The position numbers were made by a program, and so were the translations under genes. Source: Burkholderiales bacterium (GTDB lineage Bacteria > Pseudomonadota > Gammaproteobacteria > Burkholderiales > Burkholderiaceae_C). Taken from it: DNA of 64,000 nucleotides. The stretch lies in the NCBI GenBank assembly GCA_038215405.1, contig JBBQQX010000002.1, positions 22,094-86,093 of the forward strand, given 5' to 3'. Below the pieces are notes generated by a model that saw only the letters and a list, made by a program, of their open reading frames with translations, made no database searches and had not been told where the DNA came from. Below, piece after piece: positions 9,998 through 20,427 of this stretch. Within the stretch, counting starts at the first letter, position 1, and the number at the start of each line of letters is the position of its first letter.

Positions 9998-10945
9998 TTA
10001 GCCGCTCTTCTTGAGCGCCGAGCGGCGAATGGCGTCGTTGATTTCAGCGATGGAACGCTCAATGGCAGCGTCATCAAGATCCTCCAGCGCGGCATCCAGC
10101 GTGTCGGCCTGAAAAGTCGAGGCGAAGAAACCCTCACTGAGCGTGTCGGTTGAAATGCTGCCCCTGGTTGATTCAAAGCCATCCGGCATTTCCCACTCGA
10201 TCGCGATACACGTCACGTTATCGCTCTTGTTGCCCGCCGTGCGCAGTGCGCTTTCCACCATATCCGGCACCGCCTCACTGACTGGCTTGTGCGCCAAGTG
10301 GTCGACAATGTCGGCGTCACTGAGCCGGTCCCACAAGCCGTCCGAGCACAGCATCAATTTGTCGCCCTGCTGCAATGCCAGCGGCCCGGCGATGTCAAAC
10401 ACCGGCTTGGTCGGAGAGCCCAGGCAGGTAAACAGCACATTGCGGTTGATTCGCTCCGTCGATCGCACATTGGGGTTGATCCGCTCCGTCGACGCCTTGC
10501 CGTCTGCAGCCGCTCGGTGCTGCTCCAGGAACGAGTGATCGCGCGTACGCGCCAGCAAGGCGCCCTGGCGCACCAGGTAGAGGCGGGAATCACCGCAATG
10601 AATCCAGTTCACAGCGCCGTCCTGCACCAGAGCCATGACCAGCGTGGTGCGCGGTGTATCGAGCATGCCACTCTGAATGGCGTGGTGCAATATCTGGCGA
10701 TGAGCCGTCAGCACCGCCGAGGTCAAAAACGCGGCAATGTCAGCGATTCTGGGCTGCGCCTCTTTTTGGTACATGGCGGCGATGGTCTGCAGGGCCAACT
10801 GCGCCGCAACCTCGCCTTGCGGGTGGCCACCCATGCCATCAGCGAGAAAAAAAATGCCCGATGCGCGCGTGTAGCAGTAGCCCATGCGGTCTTCATTTTT
10901 TTCCCGCGAGCCTTTGCGGCTGATCTGAAAAATGGAAAATTTCAT
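9998..10945 (-). CDS. PP2C-family Ser/Thr protein phosphatase
   Basis: 315 aa. NEDRMGY, LADGMGGH and LMLCSDGLWD metal-binding motifs. ATGA overlap with the kinase gene stop. Confidence 0.9.
   Translation of the reverse strand: MKFSIFQISRKGSREKNEDRMGYCYTRASGIFFLADGMGGHPQGEVAAQLALQTIAAMYQKEAQPRIADIAAFLTSAVLTAHRQILHHAIQSGMLDTPRTTLVMALVQDGAVNWIHCGDSRLYLVRQGALLARTRDHSFLEQHRAAADGKASTERINPNVRSTERINRNVLFTCLGSPTKPVFDIAGPLALQQGDKLMLCSDGLWDRLSDADIVDHLAHKPVSEAVPDMVESALRTAGNKSDNVTCIAIEWEMPDGFESTRGSISTDTLSEGFFASTFQADTLDAALEDLDDAAIERSIAEINDAIRRSALKKSG
10436..10495. repeat. In-frame 30-bp tandem duplication inside the PP2C phosphatase gene
   Basis: Two adjacent 30-nt units (10436-10465 and 10466-10495) with few differences. 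They encode STERINPNVR / STERINRNVL. Confidence 0.85.
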
Positions 10946-11949
10946 TTGAGTTTCGCGCCAAATCGGGTCGCATTTTGAACGGTCTTTTTCGTGTCTGACA
11001 CCATGGTGTCGAATTGAAGTCGCACTTTTTCAGTCACGCTGAGCTTGGTGTAACGCCTCTCGCCGGCGCGGCTCAGCTCCTTTTGCAGTGCGAACACCGA
11101 CTGCGGCCGCGACAGCGGATCGAGTGACATGCACCACTCCACCACCTCGATCAGGTTGTCAGAATAAACGCCGCGCAAACGCGTGAGCGCCATCGCAATA
11201 CGGTCTTTTTCAATGCGCTGGGGCGCCTCGTTGGGCGGGTAACCCAGCATGCAGGCGTAAATGCAGGCGCCAATGGCATAAATGTCGGTCCAAGGCCCCA
11301 TGGCGGCGTCGCGCCGGTACATCTCGGGCGCAGCAAAGCCGGGGGTGTACATGGGGCGGATGAAATTACCCTCCTTGCTCAGCACCTCACGCGCCGCACC
11401 AAAGTCAATCAGCACGGACTTGTTGTCATCGGTGACAAAAATATTGGCCGGTTTGATGTCCAGGTGCAGCATCTTGTGCTGATGAACAATGCGCAAACCG
11501 CGCAGAATTTCATCGAACAACGATCGGATGGTCGACTCCCGAAACACTTTGGCCTGCTTGAGGTCGCGCGCCGTGATGATGAAGTCCTGCAGGGACGCGC
11601 CCTCCAAGTAATTCATCACCATGTAAACGGTTTCGTTTTCCCGGAAGAAATTGAGCACACTGACCACGGAAGGGTGTGATATTTGCGCCAGCGAGCGGCC
11701 TTCTTCGAAGAAACTCTTGAGGCCAAGCCGGTACAGGGACAGCTTTTCTGGCTGCACCTGCGGCAGTAACTCGCCGACCGCGCGGCTGGCCAGCGCTGAA
11801 GGCAGATACTCCTTGATGGCCACCTGTTGCCCTTCACCATCTTCGGCCAGGTAGACCACGCCAAAACCACCGGCTGCCACTTTGCGGATGACGCGGTAAC
11901 CCCCGATCCGGGTGTTTGGCGCTAAGGGGGCTGGTCTGACCTTTGACAT
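10942..11949 (-). CDS. Ser/Thr protein kinase (Hanks type)
   Basis: 335 aa. GGFGVVYLA P-loop, VAIKEY lysine, HLDIKPANIF catalytic loop, DFG motif (IDFGAA). Confidence 0.9.
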   Translation of the reverse strand: MSKVRPAPLAPNTRIGGYRVIRKVAAGGFGVVYLAEDGEGQQVAIKEYLPSALASRAVGELLPQVQPEKLSLYRLGLKSFFEEGRSLAQISHPSVVSVLNFFRENETVYMVMNYLEGASLQDFIITARDLKQAKVFRESTIRSLFDEILRGLRIVHQHKMLHLDIKPANIFVTDDNKSVLIDFGAAREVLSKEGNFIRPMYTPGFAAPEMYRRDAAMGPWTDIYAIGACIYACMLGYPPNEAPQRIEKDRIAMALTRLRGVYSDNLIEVVEWCMSLDPLSRPQSVFALQKELSRAGERRYTKLSVTEKVRLQFDTMVSDTKKTVQNATRFGAKLK

Positions 11950-12026
11950 AATTATTGGGTGAACTTCTATAGAGCGGTTGGGAACCGGGTTATTCTCGAC
12001 CCCAATTCATTGATCAAAGAGTCTCT

Positions 12027-12944
12027 ATGTCAGTTTACAGCATGACTGGTTATGCCAGTGCCCAACACAGCAGCGCCCGCTCCAGTTCCGAGGCCGAATC
12101 CAAGAGCCCCCCGCCGAGTCATTTGGGGCTAGAAATCCGCTCCGTCAACAGCCGTTTCCTGGACCTGTCGTTCAAGTTGCCTGAAGAACTGCGGCCCTAT
12201 GAGCCGGCGCTGCGGGAACTGCTGGTCAGCCGCCTCAAGCGCGGCAAGGTCGAGGTGCGTGCCGCCATTGAAAGCAGCGCCCAGGGTAGCGTGGTGGACC
12301 CGACGCCGCGACTGATGCAGCGCCTTAACGCGGTGCAAGATAACGTCAAAGCCTGGCTGCCAGAGGCCGCCCCGCTGAGTGTGGCAGACGTCATCAGATT
12401 GGCCGCAGGTGAGCTGGGCGCCCACTGCGACTGGAGCGAAACCATTATGACCCTGGGCCGCCAGGCGCTGGAAGAACTGCTGGGCGCGCGCGAGCGTGAA
12501 GGCGCACGCCTGGCCACCATGTTGATTGAGCGCCTTGGCCAAATCCGGGCACTGGCCGCACTGGCGGTGCCGCTGGTGCCGCAATTGGTGGCGCAGCAAC
12601 GCCAGCGCTTTCTCGATCGCTGGCAGGAGGCCATGGCCTTGACCGATGGCAGCACGCTGCCGGAAGCGGCGCAGGACCGGGCACTGACCGAAGCCACCGC
12701 CTTTGCGATCCGCATTGACGTCGCTGAAGAAATTACCCGCATCCAGTCGCACCTGGATGAAATTGAACGCCTGATCAAAAAAGGTGGCGAGCTGGGCAAA
12801 CGCCTGGACTTCCTGATCCAGGAGTTGCACCGCGAAGCCAATACACTGGGCTCCAAATCGGCAGCGCTGGAGCTGACCCACATTTCAGTGGACATGAAGG
12901 TGCTGATCGAGCAAATGCGTGAGCAGGTGCAAAACATAGAATAG
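12027..12944 (+). CDS. yicC: YicC-family stress-induced protein
   Basis: 305 aa. SMTGYA start, IRSVNSRFLD, and C-terminal REANTLGSKS...QMREQVQNIE typical of YicC. Confidence 0.85.
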   Translation: MSVYSMTGYASAQHSSARSSSEAESKSPPPSHLGLEIRSVNSRFLDLSFKLPEELRPYEPALRELLVSRLKRGKVEVRAAIESSAQGSVVDPTPRLMQRLNAVQDNVKAWLPEAAPLSVADVIRLAAGELGAHCDWSETIMTLGRQALEELLGAREREGARLATMLIERLGQIRALAALAVPLVPQLVAQQRQRFLDRWQEAMALTDGSTLPEAAQDRALTEATAFAIRIDVAEEITRIQSHLDEIERLIKKGGELGKRLDFLIQELHREANTLGSKSAALELTHISVDMKVLIEQMREQVQNIE

Positions 12945-12995
12945 CGCAGTCAGCGCCGACCCCCTCAATCACAGTTATCTGCCAGGCTGACTCTT

Positions 12996-13616
12996 ATGGA
13001 CTACCCCGGAAATTTATTTGTCGTGGCCGCCCCCAGCGGGGCTGGAAAATCGAGCTTGGTAAGAGCATTGCTGGAGCTCGACTCGCACGTGCAACTCTCG
13101 GTCTCGCACACCACGCGGGCGCCGCGTGGGCAGGAGAAGCACGGACGCGAGTATTTTTTCGTCTCCGAGTCCGAATTCGATGCCATGGTGCAGGCCCATG
13201 CATTTGTGGAATGGGCCGCCGTGCACGAGTATCGCTATGGCACCTCCAAGAAAGCGATTGAGGAACGCATGATTGAGGGCGCCGATGTGGTGCTTGAAAT
13301 CGATTACCAAGGCGCGCTGCAGATCAAGAAGCTATTCGCCAATGCCATCAGCATCTTCATCCTTCCCCCGAGCTGGGAAGAATTGCGCGCACGCCTGGAG
13401 CGTCGCGGCGAAGACTCGACCGCGGTCATTGAATTGCGGCTCAAAAACGCCGCCATTGAAGTGGCGCAAGTGCACAAGTTCGACTTCGTTATAATCAATG
13501 AGTTGTTTGACCGTGCGCTTTTTGACCTCAAAGCGATCGTTCACGCCCAGCGACTCAAGTTCTCGGCACAGCGTCGCGCTCGGGCTGAAACATTCAAAGC
13601 ACTGCATATTTTCTAG
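12996..13616 (+). CDS. gmk: Guanylate kinase
   Basis: 206 aa. [11 protein letters not shown]-loop, [20 protein letters not shown]. Confidence 0.95.
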   Translation: MDYPGNLFVVAAPSGAGKSSLVRALLELDSHVQLSVSHTTRAPRGQEKHGREYFFVSESEFDAMVQAHAFVEWAAVHEYRYGTSKKAIEERMIEGADVVLEIDYQGALQIKKLFANAISIFILPPSWEELRARLERRGEDSTAVIELRLKNAAIEVAQVHKFDFVIINELFDRALFDLKAIVHAQRLKFSAQRRARAETFKALHIF

Positions 13617-13645
13617 TGCACCCCCTTGGTCTTTCGGAGAATTTC

Positions 13646-13849
13646 ATGGCCCGTATTACTGTCGAAGACTGCCTAGAGCAGATCCCCAATCGTTTTCAGC
13701 TGGTGCTGGCAGCGACCTACCGTGCGCGCATGCTGAGCCAGGGCCATGCGCCCAAGGTGGACTGCAAGAACAAGCCCGCCGTCACTGCCCTGCGCGAGAT
13801 TGCCGCGGGCAAAATTGGCCTGGAGATGCTGAAAAAAGTGCCGCTCTGA
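13646..13849 (+). CDS. rpoZ: DNA-directed RNA polymerase subunit omega
   Basis: [37 protein letters not shown] lies 6 nt upstream of the ATG at 13646; the ORF-track start at 13616 is too early. Confidence 0.95.
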   Translation: MARITVEDCLEQIPNRFQLVLAATYRARMLSQGHAPKVDCKNKPAVTALREIAAGKIGLEMLKKVPL

Positions 13850-13867
13850 TTTTTTTGATGGCCCCAA

Positions 13868-13896
13868 TAAAAAGGCACCGCTTGCGGTGTTTTTTC
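13868..13896 (+). terminator. Rho-independent terminator-like hairpin after rpoZ
   Basis: A-run, then stem CACCG (13876-80) / CGGTG (13885-89) with loop CTTG, then TTTTTT (13890-95). Confidence 0.5.
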
Positions 13897-13897
13897 A

Positions 13898-16213
13898 TTG
13901 GGGCAGGGCAAAACGTTGCCGCCGCGCTATATTAACGGGGTGAGTACCGCCGCCAAACCCAAGTCCAGCAGGAAGCCTGCCGCCACAACCGCACTGGCCG
14001 TGGATGATTTGCCCAGCCCGGCGGCAGTCAACGCGGCAGCGGCCAGTTTTGCTGGTCTGACCGCCAAGCTCGACTACCTGTCCGCACCTGATCTGGAACA
14101 GGTGCGCCTGGCCTACCGCTACGCCGACCAAGCCCATTTGGGCCAATTGCGCAACAGTGGTGAGCCCTATATCACGCACCCGATCGCCGTCGCCGCCCAA
14201 TGTGCCGACTGGAAGCTCGATGCCCAGGCGCTGATGGCAGCCCTGCTGCATGATGCGCTGGAGGATTGCGGCGTCACCAAGATTGAATTGATCGAGCGCT
14301 TTGGCTCGCCCGTGGCGGATCTGGTGGACGGCCTGACCAAGCTCGACAAGCTGCATTTCAGTACCCGGGAAGAGGGCCAGGCCGAGTCCTTTCGCAAGAT
14401 GCTGCTGGCGATGGCGCGTGACGTGCGTGTCATCCTGATCAAGCTGGCTGATCGAACGCACAACATGCGCACGCTGTCGGACGCGCCGCGCGACAAATGG
14501 GCACGCATTGCGTCCGAGACCCTCGACGTGTACGCACCCATCGCGCACCGCTTGGGCCTAAACCAGACCTACCGCGAGCTCCAGAATCTCGCATTTCGGT
14601 ATTTACGGCCCTGGCGTTACGCCACATTGGCCAAGGCAGTAGCCAAGGCGCGCAGCCGTCGGCGCGATCTGATTCAGAACGTACAGGAGGAAGTGGACAG
14701 CGCGTTTGCCAACAGTGGCATGGACGTGCGCATCGCAGGTCGTGAGAAAACTCTCTACTCCATCTACAAGAAGATGGAAGAAAAACACCTCACATTTGCT
14801 CAGGTCACGGACATTTATGGTTTTCGGATTCTGGTGCCCAACGTGATTGACTGCTACACCGCCCTGGGCACCTTGCACCAACTCTACAAGCCGGTGCCGG
14901 GCAAGTTCAAGGACCACATTGCGATTGGCAAGCTCAACGGTTACCAGTCGCTGCACACCACGCTGGTTGGCCCGTCCGGCGTCAATGTGGAGTTTCAGAT
15001 GCGCACCGAGGCCATGCATCTGGTGGCCGAGTCGGGCGTCGCGGCGCATTGGCTGTACAAGGCCAACGGTCAGCAGGGCAACGGCGAGTGGCTGGGTTCC
15101 AAGTGGCTGCAGTCCTTGCTTGATATTGAGGATGAAACGCGCGATGCCGCCGAGTTTTGGGATCACGTCAAAGTGGACCTGTTCCCGGATGCGGTCTATG
15201 TTTTCACCCCCAAGAGCCAGATCATGGCACTGCCCAAAGGGGCCACGGTGGTCGACTTTGCCTATGCGATTCACAGCAATGTGGGCGACCGCACGCTAGC
15301 CGCGCGCATCAATGGTGAACAAGTGCCCTTGCGCACCGAGATCAAAAATGGCGACGTGATTGAAATCGTCACGGCCCCGGGCGCCGCCCCGAATCCGGCT
15401 TGGCTGGGTTTCGTGCGCACGGCACGCGCACGTTCAAAAATTCGTCAGCACCTCAAAACCCTGGCCCAAACCGAGTCGGAGGACCTGGGCGAGAAGATGC
15501 TGGCGCAGGCGCTTCGCGCCGAAGGCATTGACAAATTGCCAGACGATACTGGGCAAAATCGGCTGTTATGGGAGAAGTTGCTGCGTTTTACCGGCAACAA
15601 GAGCATGTCCGAGCTATTTTTGGACTTGGGCTTGGGCAAGCGCATTGCCGGCATCGTCGCCAAGCGCTTGCTGACCCTGCTGACTGACCGGGGCGAAAAA
15701 CCCGACGCCTTGTTGCTCACGCGTGAGCTCTACACCACCAACGAAGCAGTGGCACAAGGCGGTGTCGTGCTCGATGGCAGTGAAAACGCCTCGATCCGGT
15801 ACGCGACGTGCTGCGGACCGGTGCCGGGCGACGCCATTGTGGGTTACCTGGGGCGCGGCGAGGGCTTGCTGGTGCATGTAACGGATTGCCCCGTGGCCAA
15901 GAAGCTCAAGCTCAAGGACAGCGAACGCTTTGTTGACGTCCAGTGGTCGGACGACCCGGTGCGCCCGTTTGAAACCGAAGTGCGTGTCACCGTCGTCAAT
16001 GGCCGCGGCGTGCTGGCTCGGGTAGCGGCCTCCCTGGCAGCGGCCGAGGCCGACATCATTCACATCGACATGGAAGATGAAGCTGCGCAGGACGCCACTG
16101 ATTTGCGCTTTGTGATTGCCGTGCGCGACACCAAGCAACTCGAGGCCGCGTTGGGCAATCTTCGACGAACCCATTCCGTCATCAAGGCGCAGCGCGCCAA
16201 AGTCACTCAATAG
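13898..16213 (+). CDS. spoT: Bifunctional (p)ppGpp synthetase/hydrolase (RelA/SpoT homolog)
   Basis: 771 aa with HD hydrolase (HPIAVA...HDALED), synthetase, TGS and ACT regions. The true start may be the in-frame GTG at 13940, because 13898 abuts the terminator hairpin. Confidence 0.9.
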   Translation: MGQGKTLPPRYINGVSTAAKPKSSRKPAATTALAVDDLPSPAAVNAAAASFAGLTAKLDYLSAPDLEQVRLAYRYADQAHLGQLRNSGEPYITHPIAVAAQCADWKLDAQALMAALLHDALEDCGVTKIELIERFGSPVADLVDGLTKLDKLHFSTREEGQAESFRKMLLAMARDVRVILIKLADRTHNMRTLSDAPRDKWARIASETLDVYAPIAHRLGLNQTYRELQNLAFRYLRPWRYATLAKAVAKARSRRRDLIQNVQEEVDSAFANSGMDVRIAGREKTLYSIYKKMEEKHLTFAQVTDIYGFRILVPNVIDCYTALGTLHQLYKPVPGKFKDHIAIGKLNGYQSLHTTLVGPSGVNVEFQMRTEAMHLVAESGVAAHWLYKANGQQGNGEWLGSKWLQSLLDIEDETRDAAEFWDHVKVDLFPDAVYVFTPKSQIMALPKGATVVDFAYAIHSNVGDRTLAARINGEQVPLRTEIKNGDVIEIVTAPGAAPNPAWLGFVRTARARSKIRQHLKTLAQTESEDLGEKMLAQALRAEGIDKLPDDTGQNRLLWEKLLRFTGNKSMSELFLDLGLGKRIAGIVAKRLLTLLTDRGEKPDALLLTRELYTTNEAVAQGGVVLDGSENASIRYATCCGPVPGDAIVGYLGRGEGLLVHVTDCPVAKKLKLKDSERFVDVQWSDDPVRPFETEVRVTVVNGRGVLARVAASLAAAEADIIHIDMEDEAAQDATDLRFVIAVRDTKQLEAALGNLRRTHSVIKAQRAKVTQ

Positions 16214-16785
16214 CTTGTCCCAGACGGATCAGGCGCCGGATAGTCAACGCCAATCACCTCAATCTCAATCCGCCCGAGCGGCGTGAGCAATTGCAGTTCA
16301 TCGCCCACCCGCGCCTGCAGCAAGGTGCGGGCAATGGGCGAGACCCAGCTGACTTGGCCCAGGGCGCTGTCGGCCTCGTCGATGCCCAAAATCGTGACGC
16401 TGCGCGCTGTTCCGCCAGCATCGACATAGCGCACATTGGCGCCGAAAAATATCTGCTCACAGCCATGGTGCACCGCCGGGTCGCTGACCTGCGCGATTTC
16501 AAGGCGCTGAGTCAAGAAGCGGATGCGCCGGTCAATCTCGCGCAAGCGCTTTTTGCCATAGATGTAGTCGCCGTTCTCTGAGCGGTCGCCATTGCTGGCA
16601 GCCCAGTAGACCGCCTCCACCACCTGCGGCCGCTGGTTATCGATCAAGTCCAGCAGTTCGCCGCGCAGTCGGGCATAGCCGCGCGGCGTGATGTAGTTCT
16701 TGCCACCGACGGGCAGCGAGGGCACGCCAGGTGGCGCGTCGTCCTCGTCAGCGTCGTCGGTTTCTTTGGTGAAGGCTTTGTTCAT
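16207..16785 (-). CDS. greB: Transcription elongation factor GreB
   Basis: 192 aa. NYITPRGYARLRGELLDL...DRSENGDYIYGKKRLREIDRRIRFL. The 3' end overlaps spoT by 7 nt (convergent genes). Confidence 0.85.
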   Translation of the reverse strand: MNKAFTKETDDADEDDAPPGVPSLPVGGKNYITPRGYARLRGELLDLIDNQRPQVVEAVYWAASNGDRSENGDYIYGKKRLREIDRRIRFLTQRLEIAQVSDPAVHHGCEQIFFGANVRYVDAGGTARSVTILGIDEADSALGQVSWVSPIARTLLQARVGDELQLLTPLGRIEIEVIGVDYPAPDPSGTSY

Positions 16786-16832
16786 GACAAGACCACCGGC
16801 GAGCCCGACCGGCAGCTCAGATCAAAGCAACT

Positions 16833-17414
16833 TCAGGCGAAGTTGTTTTGGGCAAAATCCCAGTTCACGAGTTTGTCGAAGAAGGTTTCTACATACTTCT
16901 GACGCAGGTTGCGGTAGTCGATGTAATAGGCGTGCTCCCACACATCGACCGCCAGCAACGCTTTGTCAACGCTGGTGAGCGGCGTGCCGGCCGCGCCCAT
17001 GTTGACGATATCGACCGAGCCATCGGCTTTTTTCACCAGCCAGGTCCAGCCCGAGCCAAAGTTACCCACGGCCGACTTGATAAAAGCCTCCTTGAAGGCG
17101 GCGTAACTACCCCATTTGGCATGGATGGCAGCGGCAAGCGTGCCGCTGGGCTCACCGCCACCCTGGGGCTTCATGCCGTTCCAGAAAAACGTGTGGTTCC
17201 AGACTTGCGCGGCGTTGTTGTAGATGCCAGCACTGGCTTTTTTGACGATCTCTTCGAGCGTCATGCTCTCGAATTCGGTGCCTTTTTGCAGATTGTTCAG
17301 GTTCACGACGTAGGCGTTGTGGTGCTTGCCGTAGTGGTATTCCATGGTCTCTTTCGAGTAAGCGGGGGCCAGGGCGTCAATCGCATACGGCAGGGCGGGC
17401 AGTGTATGTTCCAT
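16833..17414 (-). CDS. sodB: Fe/Mn superoxide dismutase
   Basis: 193 aa. [13 protein letters not shown]...HYGKHH...DVWEHAYY metal-ligand motifs. Confidence 0.95.
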   Translation of the reverse strand: MEHTLPALPYAIDALAPAYSKETMEYHYGKHHNAYVVNLNNLQKGTEFESMTLEEIVKKASAGIYNNAAQVWNHTFFWNGMKPQGGGEPSGTLAAAIHAKWGSYAAFKEAFIKSAVGNFGSGWTWLVKKADGSVDIVNMGAAGTPLTSVDKALLAVDVWEHAYYIDYRNLRQKYVETFFDKLVNWDFAQNNFA

Positions 17415-17469
17415 AGGATCCTCTTGAGTTTGTTGTTGGAAAGCGCAGATTGTAGAAACTTTGCTCCAT

Positions 17470-18810
17470 TTAGACAGTCACCGTCAAATCAACCGTGCCG
17501 TCGACAAGGGTGGCGCGCAGGGCCTGACCTGGCTGGGTTTGCTGCACGCGGCTGATGCCTGCGCCCGCTAGCGTGCTCAGCCAGGCGTAGCCGCGCTGAA
17601 GAACCAGATGCGGGTCGAGCAGGCCCAGCCGCAGCGCCGCGCGTTGCAGACGCTCGTCCTGGCGCTGCAGGCCGCGCTGCGCGGCAGCGGGGAAAACCAG
17701 CGCCAAGCGCTGCAGGGCTTGTTCCCTTTGCTGCACAAAGTGAGTCGAGGCCAATTGCAGCCGCTGCGCGCTGTTGGATAAGCGCAGGCGCTGACCACCG
17801 ACCAACGCTGACGGTCGCCCAAAACGCGATGCCGTCAGGTCAAGCCTTTGGTTTTGCTGATCCAGTCGCCGCGACACGCTGTGCTGCAGGCGCCGCGCCG
17901 CCGCATCAAGCGCACCCAGCCAGACCTGCTGAGGTTGCGCCACCAACTCGGCCGCCGCAGTGGGCGTGGGTGCGCGCAGATCCGCCACGAAATCCGCAAT
18001 GGTGAAGTCGGTCTCATGACCGACGCCGCAGATGACGGGCACCGGGCTGCGGGCCAGCGTCTGCGCCAGCTGCTCGTCATTGAAAGCCCATAGGTCCTCC
18101 ATCGAACCACCGCCACGCACCAGCAAGATGACGTCGATGCACGGCACAGCGGGTCCGCCCTTCTTTGTTATTTTTTTGGCAAAATCAGGCTCTAGCCCAC
18201 GTCCTGATTGCGTGAGTAGATATAATTTTGATAGCGCCTGAATCAGCTCGCCGGGAGCGCTGCTGCCTTGTACCGTGGCCGGGACAATGAACACCGGGAT
18301 GTGCGGCGCGCGCCGTTGCAGCGTCGTCACCACATCGTGCAGCGCAGCGGCACCGAGCGAGGTCACGACGCCAATGCCGCGCGGCAGCAGCGGCAATGGG
18401 CGCTTGCGCTCGGGCGCAAACAGTCCCTGGGCTTCAAGCTTGGCCTTGAGCTGGAGAAACTGCTCAAACAGCGCGCCCTGCCCGGCCCGGCTCATGCTCT
18501 CCACGATCAACTGCAGATCACCACGCGCCTCGTAGACCCCCAGGCGGCCACGCACTTCGACCAGCTCACCGTCGCGCGGCGAGAAGTCCATTGAGGTGGC
18601 GGCGCGGCGAAACATGGCGCAGCGAATCTGCCCGCTCTCATCCTTGAGGGAAAAGTAACAATGTCCGCTCGACGCGCGCGAGAAGCTTGAGAGCTCGCCG
18701 CGCACGACGACCGGATTGAAGCGGGCGTCAAGCGCATCAGCGATGGCGCGGCAGAGTGCGCCAATTTGCCAGATGCGCGGTGCAACTGTGCTGGATTTGG
18801 CCTCAAACAT
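17470..18810 (-). CDS. xseA: Exodeoxyribonuclease VII large subunit
   Basis: OB-fold N-terminus ([24 protein letters not shown]), [18 protein letters not shown] at 18810 (MFEAK...) is preferred over the TTG at 18834. Confidence 0.9.
   Translation of the reverse strand: MFEAKSSTVAPRIWQIGALCRAIADALDARFNPVVVRGELSSFSRASSGHCYFSLKDESGQIRCAMFRRAATSMDFSPRDGELVEVRGRLGVYEARGDLQLIVESMSRAGQGALFEQFLQLKAKLEAQGLFAPERKRPLPLLPRGIGVVTSLGAAALHDVVTTLQRRAPHIPVFIVPATVQGSSAPGELIQALSKLYLLTQSGRGLEPDFAKKITKKGGPAVPCIDVILLVRGGGSMEDLWAFNDEQLAQTLARSPVPVICGVGHETDFTIADFVADLRAPTPTAAAELVAQPQQVWLGALDAAARRLQHSVSRRLDQQNQRLDLTASRFGRPSALVGGQRLRLSNSAQRLQLASTHFVQQREQALQRLALVFPAAAQRGLQRQDERLQRAALRLGLLDPHLVLQRGYAWLSTLAGAGISRVQQTQPGQALRATLVDGTVDLTVTV
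18178..18232 (-). repeat. Element A copy inside xseA (in frame)
   Basis: Reverse complement: ATTATATCTACTCACGCAATCAGGACGTGGGCTAGAGCCTGATTTTGCC. Its 24-nt tail is identical to the copy at 52383-52440. Encodes ...[15 protein letters not shown]... Confidence 0.75.
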
Positions 18811-19157
18811 GATGGAAAGCCGGCTTGGAGCCAAGGCTTGAAAGAGGAATGCTCCACAGCGTCAGAATTGGTTCGTCGCCCCTTTGAACGCACCCTTGAA
18901 GCCCTGATAAAACGGTGCAAGTTATTGATTTCATTGTATTTTCAGCTGCCTAATTTGTCATCAATCTGTCACAAGCCCCGGCCCGTGCGGCTCGCCGGCA
19001 CGTCGACAGCCAGTTCTGCACAAAGTTATCCACAGTTTATGTGGGCGACTGGCGCATGGCAGGCGCGCGCGCCGTAAGACGCCACTGCCGCGGGCAGTCG
19101 GTGAAATTGAGACCTGCGCCATAATTGCGCGGCCTTTCATCTGCGCGGAGTCCCCAT

Positions 19158-19790
19158 TTGTTTTCAATCATACAAGCCGCAGGCTGGCCGATCTGGCCGC
19201 TGGTCGCCTGCTCCATCCTGGCACTGGCGCTCGTCATTGAGCGCTTTGTCAGCCTCAAGACCGACAAAATCGCACCACCCCAGTTGCTCGAGGAGGTGCT
19301 CAATGTCTCGCGCACAGCCGTGCCGACCCCCGATGTCGTGAACCAACTGGCGAAGAACTCGGCCTTGGGCGAAGTCTTGGCCAGCGGCTTGCGCGCGCTA
19401 AATACCCACCCGCGTTGCAGCGAAGAAGAGCTGCGCTCCACCATGGAAGGCACCGGTCGCCTGGTTGCGCACCGGCTGGAAAAATACCTGACCGCGCTCG
19501 CCACCATTGCCTCGGCGGCGCCGTTGATGGGCCTGTTTGGCACCGTGGTGGGCATGATCGAAATTTTTGGCTCGCAGTCGACGTCCGGCAGCGCCACCGG
19601 GGGCAACCCGGCGCAACTGGCGCATGGCATTTCGATTGCGCTCTACAACACGGCGTTTGGCCTGATCGTGGCGATTCCGTCGCTGATCTTCTGGCGCTAC
19701 TTTCGGGCCCGCGTTGACGAGTACCTGCTGACGCTGGAACTGGCCTCAGAGCGGCTGGCACGCCACCTCAACACGCTGCGCAAGCCATGA
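19158..19790 (+). CDS. exbB: MotA/TolQ/ExbB proton-channel protein
   Basis: FSIIQAAGWPIWPLVACSILALALVIERF... and the TolQ/ExbB C-terminal TM pair. TTG at 19158, with GGAG 8 nt upstream, is preferred over 19125. Confidence 0.85.
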   Translation: MFSIIQAAGWPIWPLVACSILALALVIERFVSLKTDKIAPPQLLEEVLNVSRTAVPTPDVVNQLAKNSALGEVLASGLRALNTHPRCSEEELRSTMEGTGRLVAHRLEKYLTALATIASAAPLMGLFGTVVGMIEIFGSQSTSGSATGGNPAQLAHGISIALYNTAFGLIVAIPSLIFWRYFRARVDEYLLTLELASERLARHLNTLRKP

Positions 19791-20215
19791 ACTTTCGCCC
19801 GCGTCAAAAGGAAGAGCCCGAGATCAACCTGATCCCGTTCATTGACGTGTTGCTGGTGGTGCTGATCTTTCTGATGCTATCAACCACCTACAGCAAATTC
19901 ACCGAACTGCAACTCAAGCTGCCCGTGGCTGACACTGAAGCCCAACGCGACTACCCCAAGGAGGTGCTGGTCAGCGTCAGCAGCGAAGGCGCTTACATTG
20001 TCAACAAGACGCCAGTCACAGGCCGCAGCGTGGACATCCTGGCCATGGCCTTGACTGAAGGCGCCAAAGCAGGCAAGGACTCGGTCGTCATCATCCATGC
20101 CGACGCCAGTGCCCGGCACCAGGACGTCATCACGGTGATGGAAGCGGCCCGGCGCGCCGGCTTGAGCCAGATCACCTTCGCCACCCAGTCGACGGCGCAT
20201 GCCAAGGGCAATTGA
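19787..20215 (+). CDS. exbD: ExbD/TolR biopolymer transport protein
   Basis: 142 aa. EPEINLIPFIDVLLVVLIFLM typical of ExbD. Overlaps the exbB stop by 4 nt. Confidence 0.85.
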   Translation: MNFRPRQKEEPEINLIPFIDVLLVVLIFLMLSTTYSKFTELQLKLPVADTEAQRDYPKEVLVSVSSEGAYIVNKTPVTGRSVDILAMALTEGAKAGKDSVVIIHADASARHQDVITVMEAARRAGLSQITFATQSTAHAKGN

Positions 20216-20370
20216 GCGACTCAGTGCGTGCAGACAATCCGTTGTCAACCCGGACTTGCGGCGCTAGCGCAGAACCGGATTCCTGCGGTGCAATGACAGT
20301 GAAAACATTTTTCAATTGTCTTGACTTGATTGGTGCTTTGAACGTTCTTTCCCCCACTCACGCCCCCCCG

Positions 20371-20402
20371 CCCCTCTCTCGCCCCGCTGGGCGAAAGAGG
20401 GG
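20371..20402. repeat. GC-rich REP-like hairpin (copy 1)
   Basis: CCCCTCTCTCGCC (20371-83), loop CCGCTG, GGCGAAAGAGGGG (20390-402). 12 of 13 positions are complementary. Confidence 0.7.
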
Positions 20403-20427
20403 GGCCTCATGTGGCCGCGTTTTTAAA

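Noticed and set aside
18921-18939. Fur box upstream of exbB (GTTATTGATTTCATTGTAT)
   Set aside because: Only about 9 of 19 positions match GATAATGATAATCATTATC without gaps. The site is AT-rich and plausible but too weak to call.
19026-19034. Perfect DnaA box TTATCCACA (with a nearby CCACA-N5-TGTGG palindrome) as evidence for an origin
   Set aside because: It is a single consensus 9-mer. There is no cluster of boxes, no AT-rich unwinding element and no dnaA/dnaN context. It may be a regulatory DnaA site or pure chance.
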